Shown: piece after piece, positions 9,670 through 19,817 of the stretch | Numbering within the stretch: the stretch's first letter is position 1 | Layout of the letters: every line of letters starts with the position of its first letter | NCBI GenBank assembly: GCA_030765645.1 | Contig: JAVCCE010000052.1 | Coordinates: 13,662 to 77,661, forward strand | Direction of reading: 5' to 3' | From: Candidatus Hinthialibacter antarcticus | Lineage (GTDB): Bacteria > Hinthialibacterota > Hinthialibacteria > Hinthialibacterales > Hinthialibacteraceae | DNA: 64,000 nt | Program-made: the position numbers and the translations under genes | Notes under the pieces: model-generated | What the model saw: only the letters and a program-made list of their open reading frames with translations | Told to the model about the DNA's origin: nothing | The model's database searches: none

Positions 9670-10589
9670 TGGCGATTGTTTCCCTGCAAAACGTATCAAA
9701 ATGGTACGGCGAAGTCATCGGCGTCAGCGACGTGACTTGTGAGATCCGCCCCGGCGTGACCGGGCTGCTCGGCCCCAACGGCGCGGGCAAGACAACGCTG
9801 TTCAAAGTGTTGACCGGACTGATGCAAGTCGATACCGGGCGCATCAGCATTGACGGTAAGCCCGTTTGGAACAACCCCGATATCTATCATCTGATCGGGT
9901 TGTGCCCCTCGTCGGAAGCGCTGTACGAGCAACTCACCGGGTTGGAATTTTTAACCTACATGGGGCGGCTGCATGGAAATTCTGACAGCGACGCCCGCGA
10001 ACGCGCTATGCACACCCTAGGCGAAGTGGGGCTGACCGAAGCCGCCCACAAACCCATCGGCGCCTACAGCAAGGGCATGCGCCAACGGGTCAAATTTGCG
10101 CAATCCATCCAGCATGATCCACGAGTGTTGCTTTTGGACGAACCGCTGTCCGGCATGGACCCGATCGGGCGCCACGCGGTGGTGCAGCGCATCAAACATT
10201 ACGGCGAAGAAGGCAAGACGGTCATCGTCTCCAGCCATATTTTGCATGAAGTCGAAGAGATGACCAACCGTATTATGTTGCTTAATAACGGCATGTTGCT
10301 CGCCGAAGGCGTCGTTCAGGAAATTCGTGAACTGATCGAAGAACAACCGCGCCAGGTACAGATTGTTTCGCCGGAGATGCGGCGCTTGTCGAACCGCTTA
10401 ATCGAATTTCCCGAAGTCAAAACCATACGCTTCGGCGAAGACCCTAACGAACTGATCGTACAAACTCATTCGCCGGATCTGTTCTTTCCGCGCTTGACGG
10501 AACTGATTTTAGAAGAAGACATCCCCGTGACGCAAATGAACACGCTGGACGATAACTTACAATCCGTATTCGAGTATCTAGTCAAATGA
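9669..10589 (+). CDS. Second ABC transporter ATP-binding protein
   Basis: GPNGAGKT, YSKGMRQR, LLDEPL. TGATG overlap with the upstream stop. Confidence 0.95.
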   Translation: MAIVSLQNVSKWYGEVIGVSDVTCEIRPGVTGLLGPNGAGKTTLFKVLTGLMQVDTGRISIDGKPVWNNPDIYHLIGLCPSSEALYEQLTGLEFLTYMGRLHGNSDSDARERAMHTLGEVGLTEAAHKPIGAYSKGMRQRVKFAQSIQHDPRVLLLDEPLSGMDPIGRHAVVQRIKHYGEEGKTVIVSSHILHEVEEMTNRIMLLNNGMLLAEGVVQEIRELIEEQPRQVQIVSPEMRRLSNRLIEFPEVKTIRFGEDPNELIVQTHSPDLFFPRLTELILEEDIPVTQMNTLDDNLQSVFEYLVK

Positions 10590-11455
10590 ACGAACCGATG
10601 AGCCGTCTTTCACAATATGGAAACAGCCTGGCCGCGCTGATCGCGGTCAACGCCAAGATGAAACTATTGGGCCGCAGCCCGTTGTTTCCGATTATCTTAG
10701 TTTTGTTGTCATTGATGCCAGTGATTTTATGGCGGCTGGTGTTCGCCTGGCTATCGAAGGCGGCGTCGATTGAGAGCATCTGGGTCGACGCCTACACGGT
10801 ATACGCCATTTTTTGCAGCACGCTTTACATGCAATTTTACGTCCCCCTGCTGGCGATCTTTTTGGGCATGTCGGTCTTTAGCGAAGAGATTGAAAACGAG
10901 ACAGTGGTGTTTCTGTTGTTGCGTCCCGTGCCGCGCACCATTCTCGTGCTAGGAAAATTCCTCTCCTATGTCGTGGTCTCGTCGTCGTTGTTGGGCGTGT
11001 CGCTGGTGTTGTCGTATCTCATCATCGGCAGCATCCCCGAAGCGGGTTTGATTACCGCAAACCTCGACATGCTGGTGCAAGACTGGATGGTATTCACGCT
11101 GGGCTTGGCGTCTTATGGCGCGGTGTTGATGCTCATCGGCGTGTTCACTAAACACCGCTTAATGACGGGCATCTTCTTGTTGTTTGTGTGGGACCCGATG
11201 GCGGCCTATTTTCCCGGCAGCGCCTATCAACTGACAGTGCGCCATTATCTGTTTTCCATCTTCTCGCATAGCGACGTACAAACGGGCCAAGCCTCGCTTA
11301 GCGACGCGCTCTTGCTTTTCTTAAGCGACCATCCGTCGGCGTCTGGCTTGATGTCGGTGATTGTGTTATTGCTACTCATTGCAACATGCATCGCGCTGAC
11401 CACTTATATTGTGAAAAACCGCAACCTGCGGTTAGGACAAGCGCAAGAAGCATAA
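10586..11455 (+). CDS. Second ABC-2-type permease
   Basis: 'SEEIENETVVFLLLRPVPR...GKF' motif, TM helices, ATGA overlap. Confidence 0.85.
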   Translation: MNEPMSRLSQYGNSLAALIAVNAKMKLLGRSPLFPIILVLLSLMPVILWRLVFAWLSKAASIESIWVDAYTVYAIFCSTLYMQFYVPLLAIFLGMSVFSEEIENETVVFLLLRPVPRTILVLGKFLSYVVVSSSLLGVSLVLSYLIIGSIPEAGLITANLDMLVQDWMVFTLGLASYGAVLMLIGVFTKHRLMTGIFLLFVWDPMAAYFPGSAYQLTVRHYLFSIFSHSDVQTGQASLSDALLLFLSDHPSASGLMSVIVLLLLIATCIALTTYIVKNRNLRLGQAQEA

Positions 11456-11509
11456 ACAAATTGAGGCGACCTGCGTTTAGATAATCTCTTACAATCTCTT
11501 ACAAGGACC

Positions 11510-12760
11510 TTATTTTTCCGGCTTGGGGCATTGGTCGACGAATTTTAACGACTCGTTGATGAGAATCTCACCGGTTTTCTCTCCTAAACTTGTCCGGGTG
11601 ATGTAGGCATAGCGCTCGAAACTGTCGTAATCTTCCTTGGTCAGAATATAACCGAAGGCGTCATTGGTCAGACCAAACAAGAAATTATGCTCGCCGTGCA
11701 TTTTTCGCTTTAAGTAATAGCCGATGTTGGGCAACGCCTCTCCGGGGATGGTCAGAATTTGGGCGTTGCCAAGATTGATGACGTTCACCTGAGTGGAAAT
11801 TGATTTTTCGCTTTCCATGTCATACCCAAGCGGCGAGGCGGACACGATGGCGCGTAAGAGGGGCGAGTCAATCGGAAAGGTAATCGCCGTCGCGGCGCAA
11901 AACAGGCCGGGGTCTGCAACGGCTTTGGCTTCGCCCGCTATGCGAAGCGCTTCGTCGGCGAGCCGGTTTCCGATACGGATACACTCGTCCCAGGTTTGAA
12001 TGTCCTTGCCGTCGGCGCCGCGACAATCCGCCGTCACCATGCCGCCCTGAGCGCTGTTCATAAAGACGCCGGTCCCGCCGCCGTTTGCTTGAATGCGGTC
12101 ATAAAGCGGGCCGATCAAATCGGGGCTGATGACGCCCTGGCTGGAGCCGATCACTTCTGGGTGAATCGCGTAATTGACCAATGTTGAAATTGCTTGACCG
12201 TCATCAGCGATGAATTGCATAACGTGACAGCGCGGATCGTATAACTTTGGCGCATAGTAATTGTAAGCGATTCCCTCTACGGTTTCTCCGGTATTGATTT
12301 TGACCTTGGCGGGTTCCAGGTTCGATACCGCATCGTTGATCGCGTCCACCATTTGCGCGCAGACAAAATCGAGATATTTCAGGTCCGTCGAAAAATTGCC
12401 TTGTTCATCAGGGAACCCATAACAATCAGGCGCGCTATGCGTATGCGTAACGCCGATGAGGATGTTCTCCGGCTTAATATTTTTGATTTGCTTACGGACG
12501 CGGTTTCCCAACACGGCGGGGAACCCCAAAAAGTCCGCGCTGACGATAGCGACGCGGACATCGTCGTCTTCAACCACCAATGCGCGTACGGACAATTCGC
12601 CCAGCGCTTTTGTCGCCGGGTTCGATGGGCCGATTCCGCCGGAGACGGGCAGCAGCGGATCGGGCATGACCGAACGGACGGCGACGCCCGCTTTAAATTC
12701 TGCAAAGGATGTTGTCGCGAACAAACAAAGCGCGGCAATAATGACTATGATTTGCTTCAT
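11510..12760 (-). CDS. Secreted neutral/alkaline ceramidase-like hydrolase
   Basis: Signal peptide, then 'VRALV', 'THTHSAP', 'NYAIHP' and 'PGE' motifs. Confidence 0.7.
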   Translation of the reverse strand: MKQIIVIIAALCLFATTSFAEFKAGVAVRSVMPDPLLPVSGGIGPSNPATKALGELSVRALVVEDDDVRVAIVSADFLGFPAVLGNRVRKQIKNIKPENILIGVTHTHSAPDCYGFPDEQGNFSTDLKYLDFVCAQMVDAINDAVSNLEPAKVKINTGETVEGIAYNYYAPKLYDPRCHVMQFIADDGQAISTLVNYAIHPEVIGSSQGVISPDLIGPLYDRIQANGGGTGVFMNSAQGGMVTADCRGADGKDIQTWDECIRIGNRLADEALRIAGEAKAVADPGLFCAATAITFPIDSPLLRAIVSASPLGYDMESEKSISTQVNVINLGNAQILTIPGEALPNIGYYLKRKMHGEHNFLFGLTNDAFGYILTKEDYDSFERYAYITRTSLGEKTGEILINESLKFVDQCPKPEK

Positions 12761-12840
12761 TATTCTTCCCCGTTCTAACAAATTCACTTGAATCAAGATT
12801 TAAATTGAAGTGAATAGTTTTTGTGATGCTATGCTGACAC

Positions 12841-12875
12841 AAAAATCCCCGCCTCTCAACCGAGAAGCGGGGATT
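12841..12875 (-). terminator. Intrinsic terminator (possibly bidirectional)
   Basis: AATCCCCGC..GCGGGGATT stem with an A-run on the left and a T-run on the right. Confidence 0.75.
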
Positions 12876-12899
12876 GTCTTTTTAAATCAATGCCCAGGA

Positions 12900-14129
12900 T
12901 TACAACTTGATTTTTGCGTCGTATTTCAAGTTTGATTTCATCATCTCGTCCCAGGTGACTTCTTTGTTGCCATAGGCGGCCATGCGGCCCAAGACGCAAG
13001 TCAGCGTGCTGGTCGCGCCGATTTCAGCCTGGTTGACGAAGTTACCGCTGCGGATGCTTTCTTCGAGTTTCTTCACTTTGCTTTCTTCGGCGCCGCCTAA
13101 GAGGCTCTTGCGTTCCGAGTGCCAATCGTTGGGGCCGGTGATGTGTCCGCCGCCGCCGTATGATGCTTCGCCGACCCCTTTTGTCCCGAAGACGCGGTCG
13201 AGACATTCGCCCCAGCCGGTCAGATATTGCGACGACCCGAATGAGATTTTTACCTCGCCGGGGTAGTCGTAAATCACTTCGAAATGGTCCCAGCAATCGC
13301 CAACGTCAGTACGCGCTTTGCGTCCGCCCGTTCCAACGGCTTTGACAGGATGCCCGTCGAGGAACCAGTTGCATACGTCGATGACGTGGACGTTCTGCTC
13401 AGTAATGATGTCGCCGGAGAGCACCTGGTCGAATACCCAGTTGCGCAGGCGGAATTCCTGTTCGCTGGCGTTGTCGAGTTTCTTCACGCCCAGGCGCCCG
13501 GAGTGATAATGGACCATGCCCGCGACGGGGTCGCCGATGTCGCCGTTTTGGATGCGTTTTTGCACTTCTTGATATTCGGGACTCTCGCGAATCTGGAAGC
13601 CGACCATCAAACTGACTTTGCCGTGGGCTTTTTTGCCGATTTCCATCACGCGCTTGGCGCCCGCTACGTCGACCGCTACCGGTTTTTCGCAATAGACGTG
13701 TTTGCCTGCGTTGACCACTGCCTCCAGGTGTAAGGGGTGATAATAGGGCGGGCTGGTAATCAACACATGGTCGAGGTCTTCTTCCAGCAATTTCTTATAG
13801 CCGTCCATGCCCGCAAACAGTTTGGACGACTCAATTTTTTTGCGGTCCATCGCAAGCAGGCGCTCGCCGAGGCCTTGCTGGGTGCTTTCCAAACGGTCTT
13901 GGAAGAAGTCGGCCAGGCCGATAATTTGCGAATTGGTGTTACGGATAAACACGCCCGATACGTGGTTGCCGCGTCCGCCGCAGCCAATCACGCCCATGCG
14001 CAGGGCGCTGTTTGCGGTTGCGGTAAATGCGGTCTTCGAACTCACGAGCATTAAACTTGCGGTAGAGGCCGCGCTGGTGGTGAGAAAGTTGCGGCGCGGC
14101 ACAGCGGTTTGATCGCTTGATTGGTTCAT
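12900..14129 (-). CDS. Tat-exported Gfo/Idh/MocA oxidoreductase
   Basis: RRNFL Tat motif, GVIGCGGRG, CEKP, EQNVHVID. Confidence 0.9.
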   Translation of the reverse strand: MNQSSDQTAVPRRNFLTTSAASTASLMLVSSKTAFTATANSALRMGVIGCGGRGNHVSGVFIRNTNSQIIGLADFFQDRLESTQQGLGERLLAMDRKKIESSKLFAGMDGYKKLLEEDLDHVLITSPPYYHPLHLEAVVNAGKHVYCEKPVAVDVAGAKRVMEIGKKAHGKVSLMVGFQIRESPEYQEVQKRIQNGDIGDPVAGMVHYHSGRLGVKKLDNASEQEFRLRNWVFDQVLSGDIITEQNVHVIDVCNWFLDGHPVKAVGTGGRKARTDVGDCWDHFEVIYDYPGEVKISFGSSQYLTGWGECLDRVFGTKGVGEASYGGGGHITGPNDWHSERKSLLGGAEESKVKKLEESIRSGNFVNQAEIGATSTLTCVLGRMAAYGNKEVTWDEMMKSNLKYDAKIKL

Positions 14130-14337
14130 GCTTGCCTCGTTTGATTCAGATTTGTTTTTTTTATTTATTGCCAAAATTGTGTGCGGATTGATTTGGCAAC
14201 AATCACGTTGCCCGTGTGATTCTTGCCGATTGTACCTGAACTCATTATAAATACACTTTTTATAACCGCACTTCAACTCAGCGCCTTATTATTAAGCAAA
14301 CATAATAAAAGCGCAACCTGGAAATAAAATAATACCA

Positions 14338-14552
14338 AGTTCATCCGGTCAGTGAGTACTTACAGTGATGGATGACCATGATTGTATTACGAAAACATAT
14401 TCCGGCATATCAAAAATTGAAAAACCAAATTAGGCATGGGGGCAACTCTGGGAGCGCCTGTGTATGAGGGCCTGAAAGCCCGCACTGAAGCGAGCAGAGT
14501 TGTACCCATGCCACATGCAGCCTGGTAGGGTAGGCTCGCGGAGCAGCCCACC
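14338..14552 (+). repeat. Composite repeat: MITE-A left arm, 80-bp hairpin copy A (14433-14512) and a GTAG REP (14525-14552)
   Basis: AGTTCATCCGG start aligns with 52685 and 57665. The hairpin aligns with the other copies. Confidence 0.85.
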
Positions 14553-14679
14553 GGAAAACGAACAAAACGAAAATTGGTTTCGCGTTCTTTGATAAGTTGA
14601 ATGAGGAGAGGTGTTCCTAAAAAAACGCCCCACCGAATGTTCGATGAGGCGTTGTAGCGGCTGATCTTGTCGTGTGGGT

Positions 14680-15351
14680 TTATGATTTGGCGCGGGCGGC
14701 GCGCTTTTCTTCTTTTTTCTTCTGCGCGATGTAATACTCCGGCAAGTCGTGCGAAACCGGGACGGTTTTCTCTTCTTCTTCCTTCCACGTCATGCCTTTA
14801 CGGAACCATTCGTCTTTTTTCTCAATCGGAACCAGCAGGCGGTCTTTGGTATAGATGAAGTCGTCGCGATGGGTGCTGGCGGCTTCCCAATTGGGGCCCA
14901 TGACAATGGCGTCTTCGGGGCAGGCTTCTTCACAAAAGCCGCAGAAGATGCAGCGCAGCATGTCGATCTGGTAAAATTTCGCATGACGTTCGCCGTGCGA
15001 CACCATGTTATCGGGCGTGTTTTCGCAAGCTTCGAGATAGATCGCGTCTGACGGGCAGACCACCGAACAAAGGCCGCACCCTACGCAGCGTTCTTTTCCA
15101 TCCTCGAAGCGCTGTAAGCGGTGCACCCCGCGAAAGCGCGGCGATTGAGAGCGCTTCTGGTTGGGATAGTTAAACGTAACTGGTTTACGGAACAGGTGGC
15201 GAAAGGTCAACGACATGCCTTTGACGATCGCCAAAAAAATCTGGAACGAGCGCGACCAGCCAAGGGTTTTGATTTGCCCCGCCGTGACATGGACTTTTAC
15301 GCGGCCTTGTTTGGGTTCCGCAGGAATCTGTTTAAACACCGCTTCTTGCAT
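14680..15351 (-). CDS. nuoI: NADH-quinone oxidoreductase subunit I (2x[4Fe-4S])
   Basis: FRGVHRL, CVGCGLCSVVCP, YQIDMLRCIFCGFCEEACP. Confidence 0.92.
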   Translation of the reverse strand: MQEAVFKQIPAEPKQGRVKVHVTAGQIKTLGWSRSFQIFLAIVKGMSLTFRHLFRKPVTFNYPNQKRSQSPRFRGVHRLQRFEDGKERCVGCGLCSVVCPSDAIYLEACENTPDNMVSHGERHAKFYQIDMLRCIFCGFCEEACPEDAIVMGPNWEAASTHRDDFIYTKDRLLVPIEKKDEWFRKGMTWKEEEEKTVPVSHDLPEYYIAQKKKEEKRAARAKS

Positions 15352-15761
15352 CGGACAGTATCCTTAAAATAGGGTGGACATTTTTTTTGAAGCGCCGAAG
15401 GTGCAGGTCGTCACATGAGCGTATATTTAACCCGAAACGAGAGTAAATTCCAGTGTGTCTTGGTTTTTTTCCTGTTGTAGTCAAATGAGTTACATCTGGC
15501 TGGCTGCGGCAATTTGCCGCGCAAGAATGCCGCAGTTAAGTCACGAATGGCTGCGGCATTATTGCTGAATTGTAGTATGTGTAACATGAATATCAGATAG
15601 GAAAATACGATTTAACGCGCTGTTTTATTGAGGTTTATTGAGTAGGGTGTTAAAACTTACTGGTTCGATCAAACTCGCATGGTAATTGCATGTTTCCTAC
15701 ATAGCTGTATAACGATTTATTCAAAAGCCCTGACTTTAATGAGGAAGAGAGCCAACTTAGG

Positions 15762-17111
15762 ATGATGGATCAACAACGCGCCGAATCTTCTTCCTGCCAC
15801 TTTATCGTTCTGAGTTTTAACCATCAGAATCTCGCGCTGCCTGACTTACGCCAGTATCTTTTTGAGCAAGATGAACTGGACGCATTTTTAGCCAGCCTGA
15901 AAACGCGATGCCACATTGACGACGCGATCGGGTTGTGTACGTGTAACCGCGCTGAAATCTATATCATTACCAATTCCGTTCGCGAAGGTATGACCACAGC
16001 GTTACAAGCGCTGGCGGAACGCAACCATGTTTCGGTTGAAGACTTGCTTTCGATCCTGACCGTGAAGGTCGATTCAAACGCGGTGACCCATCTCGCCCGG
16101 CTGGCGTCCGGTTTGGAGTCAATGGTGGTGGGCGACGGGCAGATATTAGGGCAACTAAAAAAGTCTTACCAACAGGCCAACCAAGATAATGGCGCCCATC
16201 GGGCGACCCATATTCTCTTGCAAAAAGCGTTTTCCATTGCCAAGCGGGTGCGCAACGAAACCGGGCTGGGCAAAGGCCGGGTGTCGGTCAGCGCCTTGGC
16301 GGTCGAGTTTGCCAAAGAGCATTTCGGCTCCATGCACAAAGTACGCGCCGCTGTAGTCGGCGCTGGCAAGATGAGTTCGCTGGCGGCGAAGTATTTATAT
16401 CAGGCGGGCGTGAAAGAACTGCGCATCGTTAACCGCACCTACGAAAGTGCGCAAGAACTCGCCCAGCAAGTCAACGCGACCGTGTTTGGGTTAGACGAAA
16501 TCGAACGCGCCCTGCAAGGCTGCGACTTGATTATCTGCGGCACCGCCTCGACTGAGCCCGTGATTACTCCCGCATTGTTTGAATCCGAACGCCTGCGCGG
16601 TCAAGCGCCGCAGATGGCGATTGATATTGCCTTGCCGCCCGACATCGACCCCGCCGTCGCTGAAATGGACTGCGTTGAAGTGGTCAGCTTAGAAGACCTG
16701 CGCGCTTGCGCCGAACGAAACCAGGCGGGCCGCGAAAGCGAACTGGCTCACGCCGAAGAAATTGTAATGAGCGAACTCAAACAACTCGGTCCTTGGCCGC
16801 AACCCATTCAACTTGACCAGATCGCCAAAGACCTGGGCGTTTATGCAGACCGTATTTATCAAGAAGAATTGCAAGGCTTGTATGATCTGGTTCCTGATTT
16901 AACGCCAGAGCAGCAAGAAGCCGTCGCCGCCCGCATGAAACGCATGGCGGAACGCATCGTGCTCGCGCCGCGCCGCAATTTGCGCCGGGGCGAAACCATT
17001 AAATCATGCCCCGAAGCAGTCAAGTGTCTGGCGGAAGTATTTCGCGAAGCCAGCGGCGCGCGTTCGCTGGCAGCCGTGACGCTTGAACCTGCATCCACCA
17101 ACGAAAAATAA
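15762..17111 (+). CDS. hemA: Glutamyl-tRNA reductase (divergent)
   Basis: TCNRAE catalytic Cys, GLESMVVG..QILGQ, GAGKM, NRT, DIALP. First gene of the hem cluster. Confidence 0.88.
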   Translation: MMDQQRAESSSCHFIVLSFNHQNLALPDLRQYLFEQDELDAFLASLKTRCHIDDAIGLCTCNRAEIYIITNSVREGMTTALQALAERNHVSVEDLLSILTVKVDSNAVTHLARLASGLESMVVGDGQILGQLKKSYQQANQDNGAHRATHILLQKAFSIAKRVRNETGLGKGRVSVSALAVEFAKEHFGSMHKVRAAVVGAGKMSSLAAKYLYQAGVKELRIVNRTYESAQELAQQVNATVFGLDEIERALQGCDLIICGTASTEPVITPALFESERLRGQAPQMAIDIALPPDIDPAVAEMDCVEVVSLEDLRACAERNQAGRESELAHAEEIVMSELKQLGPWPQPIQLDQIAKDLGVYADRIYQEELQGLYDLVPDLTPEQQEAVAARMKRMAERIVLAPRRNLRRGETIKSCPEAVKCLAEVFREASGARSLAAVTLEPASTNEK

Positions 17112-17133
17112 TCCAATTTAGAGAGAGCATTCG

Positions 17134-18210
17134 ATGACGCAAGCCTCATCCCCAAAACCGACAACGCAGCTGACGAAAAAACAACGCTTCATGGGGGCCA
17201 TCGAACACAAGCCCATTGACCGCCCGCCCGTATGGCTGATGCGCCAGGCGGGACGTTACCTGCCCGAATATCAGGCGGTGAAGGCGAAATACACCTTCCA
17301 TGAAATGTGCCGTATGCCCGACATCGCGGCGGACGTTTCCATCCAACCGATGGACCGGTTTGGTATGGACGCGATCATTGTGTTCAATGATATTTTGATT
17401 CCCCTGCAAGACATGGGCTTCACGGTGGAATACAAAGAAGGCGGCCCGGTGGTTGATCCGCCTGCGCGTTGCCATGGCGATTTGTCGCGCATTCAACCCG
17501 CGCGTTTCGATGAAACCCCGGCGGTGTTTGATTCGTTGACTGAGATCCGCCGACGCGTAGGCGATGACGTCCCGGTGCTCGGTTTTGCGGGCGCGCCCTT
17601 CACCATGGCGGCCTATATGAGCGAAGGCGTGACCAGCAAGAACCTGCGCCACATCAAAACCCTGACCTATGGACAACCGGATTTGCTGCAGCAGTTGCTG
17701 GAGCGGGTAACCGAAACCGTGATCGACTACCTGCGCATCCAAATCAAAGCAGGCGTGAACGCAGTGCAGATTTTCGACACCTGGGCGGGCGCGCTCTCGA
17801 AAGAGGCGTACCGCAAATTTGCGCTGCCATACCAACAACAAGTCATCAAGACAATTCAAGACGAGGGAACCCCGGTTATACTCTATGTGAAGAATTCACC
17901 GCATGTGTTAGATGAACTGGGCGACAGCGGCGCCGCCGTGGTCAGCGTCGATTGGCTCACGCCGCTCAACGAAGCGCATGTGCGTTTAGGTAAATCGGTT
18001 GCGCTGCAAGGCAACATGGACCCGACGGTGTTGTATGCGAATCCCGAAGCGGTCGCGCAAGAGGCTCAACGCATACTCGAAGGCCTCGACCGCACCACCG
18101 GACACATCGTCAACTTAGGACACGGCATCTTGCCCGAAACGCCGGTCGAGAGCGTGCGCGCATTTGTAGAAACGGTCAAAGGATATGAATACGCTTCCCA
18201 CAGCGCCTAA
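17134..18210 (+). CDS. hemE: Uroporphyrinogen decarboxylase
   Basis: PPVWLMRQAGRYLPEY, GFAGAPFT, QGNMDP, NLGHGI. Confidence 0.97.
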   Translation: MTQASSPKPTTQLTKKQRFMGAIEHKPIDRPPVWLMRQAGRYLPEYQAVKAKYTFHEMCRMPDIAADVSIQPMDRFGMDAIIVFNDILIPLQDMGFTVEYKEGGPVVDPPARCHGDLSRIQPARFDETPAVFDSLTEIRRRVGDDVPVLGFAGAPFTMAAYMSEGVTSKNLRHIKTLTYGQPDLLQQLLERVTETVIDYLRIQIKAGVNAVQIFDTWAGALSKEAYRKFALPYQQQVIKTIQDEGTPVILYVKNSPHVLDELGDSGAAVVSVDWLTPLNEAHVRLGKSVALQGNMDPTVLYANPEAVAQEAQRILEGLDRTTGHIVNLGHGILPETPVESVRAFVETVKGYEYASHSA

Positions 18211-19600
18211 ACCCGAGATCGACCGCGATCTCATCAATAAATACAGTATGCGCGGGCCGCGCTACACCAGCTATCCGACTGCGCCTGAATGGAGCGACGC
18301 CGTCGGCGAAGAGGCCTATTGGCGCCATATCGAAGCCACCAATCCCGGCGATTCCACCCAACCGCTGTCGTTGTATATTCACATTCCATTCTGCGGCGAA
18401 CGCTGCCATTTCTGCGGCTGCAACGTCATCATCACCAGTCGTGAAGATATTCACAATAATTACGTCGATCTGGTTTGTATGGAGGTCGAGCGGGTCGCGG
18501 CGAAAGTCGACAAAACCCGCCGCGTGATTCAGTTTCACCTCGGGGGCGGAACCCCAACCGAAATTTCGCCCGCCGCGCTGGAACGGCTGCTCAAGTTTGT
18601 GAAGGGGCAATTTAACTTTGACCCCGCCGCCGAACTCTCCATCGAAGTCGACCTGCGAGTGACCACGCCCCAACATCTCGACGTGTTAATTGGCTGCGGC
18701 TTCAACCGCATCTCGATGGGCGTACAGGATTTTTCAAAAGAAACCCAGGAAGCCATTAACCGCCTTCAGAGTCGCGAACAAACAGAGGATTTCATCAAAC
18801 TCTGCCGCGAAAAAGGCTTTGTCAGCGTCAATGTTGACTTGGTCTACGGCCTGCCGCATCAAAGCACAGATACAGTTAACAAGACGCTGGATGCGATTTT
18901 TGAAATTGACCCCGACCGCATCGCGTTATACAACTACGCATTTTTGCCTGGCAAACTCGGCAACCAGCGCCGCATGGAAGAATCGTGGCTGCCGTCCGCC
19001 GAAGAACGCTTTAACATCTTTCAACTCGCGATTGACCGCTTTACCGAAAACGGATTTGTCTATATCGGCATGGACCACTTCGCCAAGCCCGACGACGAAC
19101 TCACCATCGCCCAGCGCGAAGGTACGCTTCAGCGTAACTTCATGGGCTTCACCACCCGCGCCGGGGCCGATCTCTATTCGTTCGGGGTGTCGTCAATCAG
19201 CAGCCTGGACGCGATTTACACGCAAAATATCAAAAAATTACACACGTATGAAAAACTGGTTCGCGGCGGCGCGTTGCCAATCGAGCGCGGCATCGAACTT
19301 ACGAAGGACGACCGCATGCGCCGCTGGGTCATCATGGAACTCATGTGTAATCTGCGCCTGCCCGTTGAGCGCTTCAACCAGACTTGGGACGAAAACTTCC
19401 ATGACTATTTCGCCGATGAACTGACGCGCTTAAAACCGTTTATCGACGATGGGTTGATCGAGCCCAATATCACCAAAGAAATCCATGTGCTCGAATTGGG
19501 ACGCATTATCATTCGCCCCATCGCCATGGTGTTTGATTATTACTTGCAACAGGCGCAACAAACCGGACGCAAGACGCCGACGTTTTCAAAAACTTTATAA
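18185..19600 (+). CDS. hemN: Oxygen-independent coproporphyrinogen III oxidase (radical SAM)
   Basis: GPRYTSYPTA N-terminal motif typical of true HemN, CxxxCxxC (CGERCHFC), GGGTP, GMDHFA, RNFMG. Confidence 0.95.
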   Translation: MNTLPTAPKPEIDRDLINKYSMRGPRYTSYPTAPEWSDAVGEEAYWRHIEATNPGDSTQPLSLYIHIPFCGERCHFCGCNVIITSREDIHNNYVDLVCMEVERVAAKVDKTRRVIQFHLGGGTPTEISPAALERLLKFVKGQFNFDPAAELSIEVDLRVTTPQHLDVLIGCGFNRISMGVQDFSKETQEAINRLQSREQTEDFIKLCREKGFVSVNVDLVYGLPHQSTDTVNKTLDAIFEIDPDRIALYNYAFLPGKLGNQRRMEESWLPSAEERFNIFQLAIDRFTENGFVYIGMDHFAKPDDELTIAQREGTLQRNFMGFTTRAGADLYSFGVSSISSLDAIYTQNIKKLHTYEKLVRGGALPIERGIELTKDDRMRRWVIMELMCNLRLPVERFNQTWDENFHDYFADELTRLKPFIDDGLIEPNITKEIHVLELGRIIIRPIAMVFDYYLQQAQQTGRKTPTFSKTL

Positions 19601-19619
19601 GCAATATTCTTTAGACGAT

Positions 19620-19784
19620 TAGAAGCCATCTCAAAAATATGTGAGCCAAACATAGTGAGGAATCAAGGCGACCGAACCGAGGGGGAGGGCGAGGCTCCCG
19701 ACGAGCCGCGTCGTATCGAATCGCTTTCTTTCTACCTCGGCTCACCAGGAGGTTCGCCCTCCCCGCATTTTGAGATAGATTCTA
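19620..19784. mobile_element. MITE-B (165 bp) carrying an inverted pair of GGAG-type REPs
   Basis: Ends TAGAAGCCATCTCAAAA / TTTTGAGATAGATTCTA (15/17 inverted match, TA at both outer ends). Inside: GGGGAGGGCGAGGCTCCCGACGAGCCG (19682-19708) and CGGCTCACCAGGAGGTTCGCCCTCCCC (19738-19764). Confidence 0.7.
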
Positions 19785-19817
19785 TCTAAAACCAATTAAC
19801 GCATAGTGAAAAACATC

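Noticed and set aside
14433-14512. 80-bp hairpin as group II intron domain V or a hammerhead ribozyme
   Set aside because: The GAGC and GAAA elements are suggestive, but the spacing exceeds the roughly 34-nt domain V and there is no domain VI, reverse transcriptase ORF or CUGAUGA core.
14387-14788. ORFs over the repeats (also 42077-42364, 43214-43408, 49149-49403, 52713-53099, 55700-55999, 57758-57949)
   Set aside because: They share peptides such as GLKARTEASRVVP only because they translate the same non-coding repeat. Starts, stops and frames are not conserved.
15675-15691. sigma54-like box upstream of hemA (TCGCATGGTAATTGCA)
   Set aside because: The essential -24 GG is CG.
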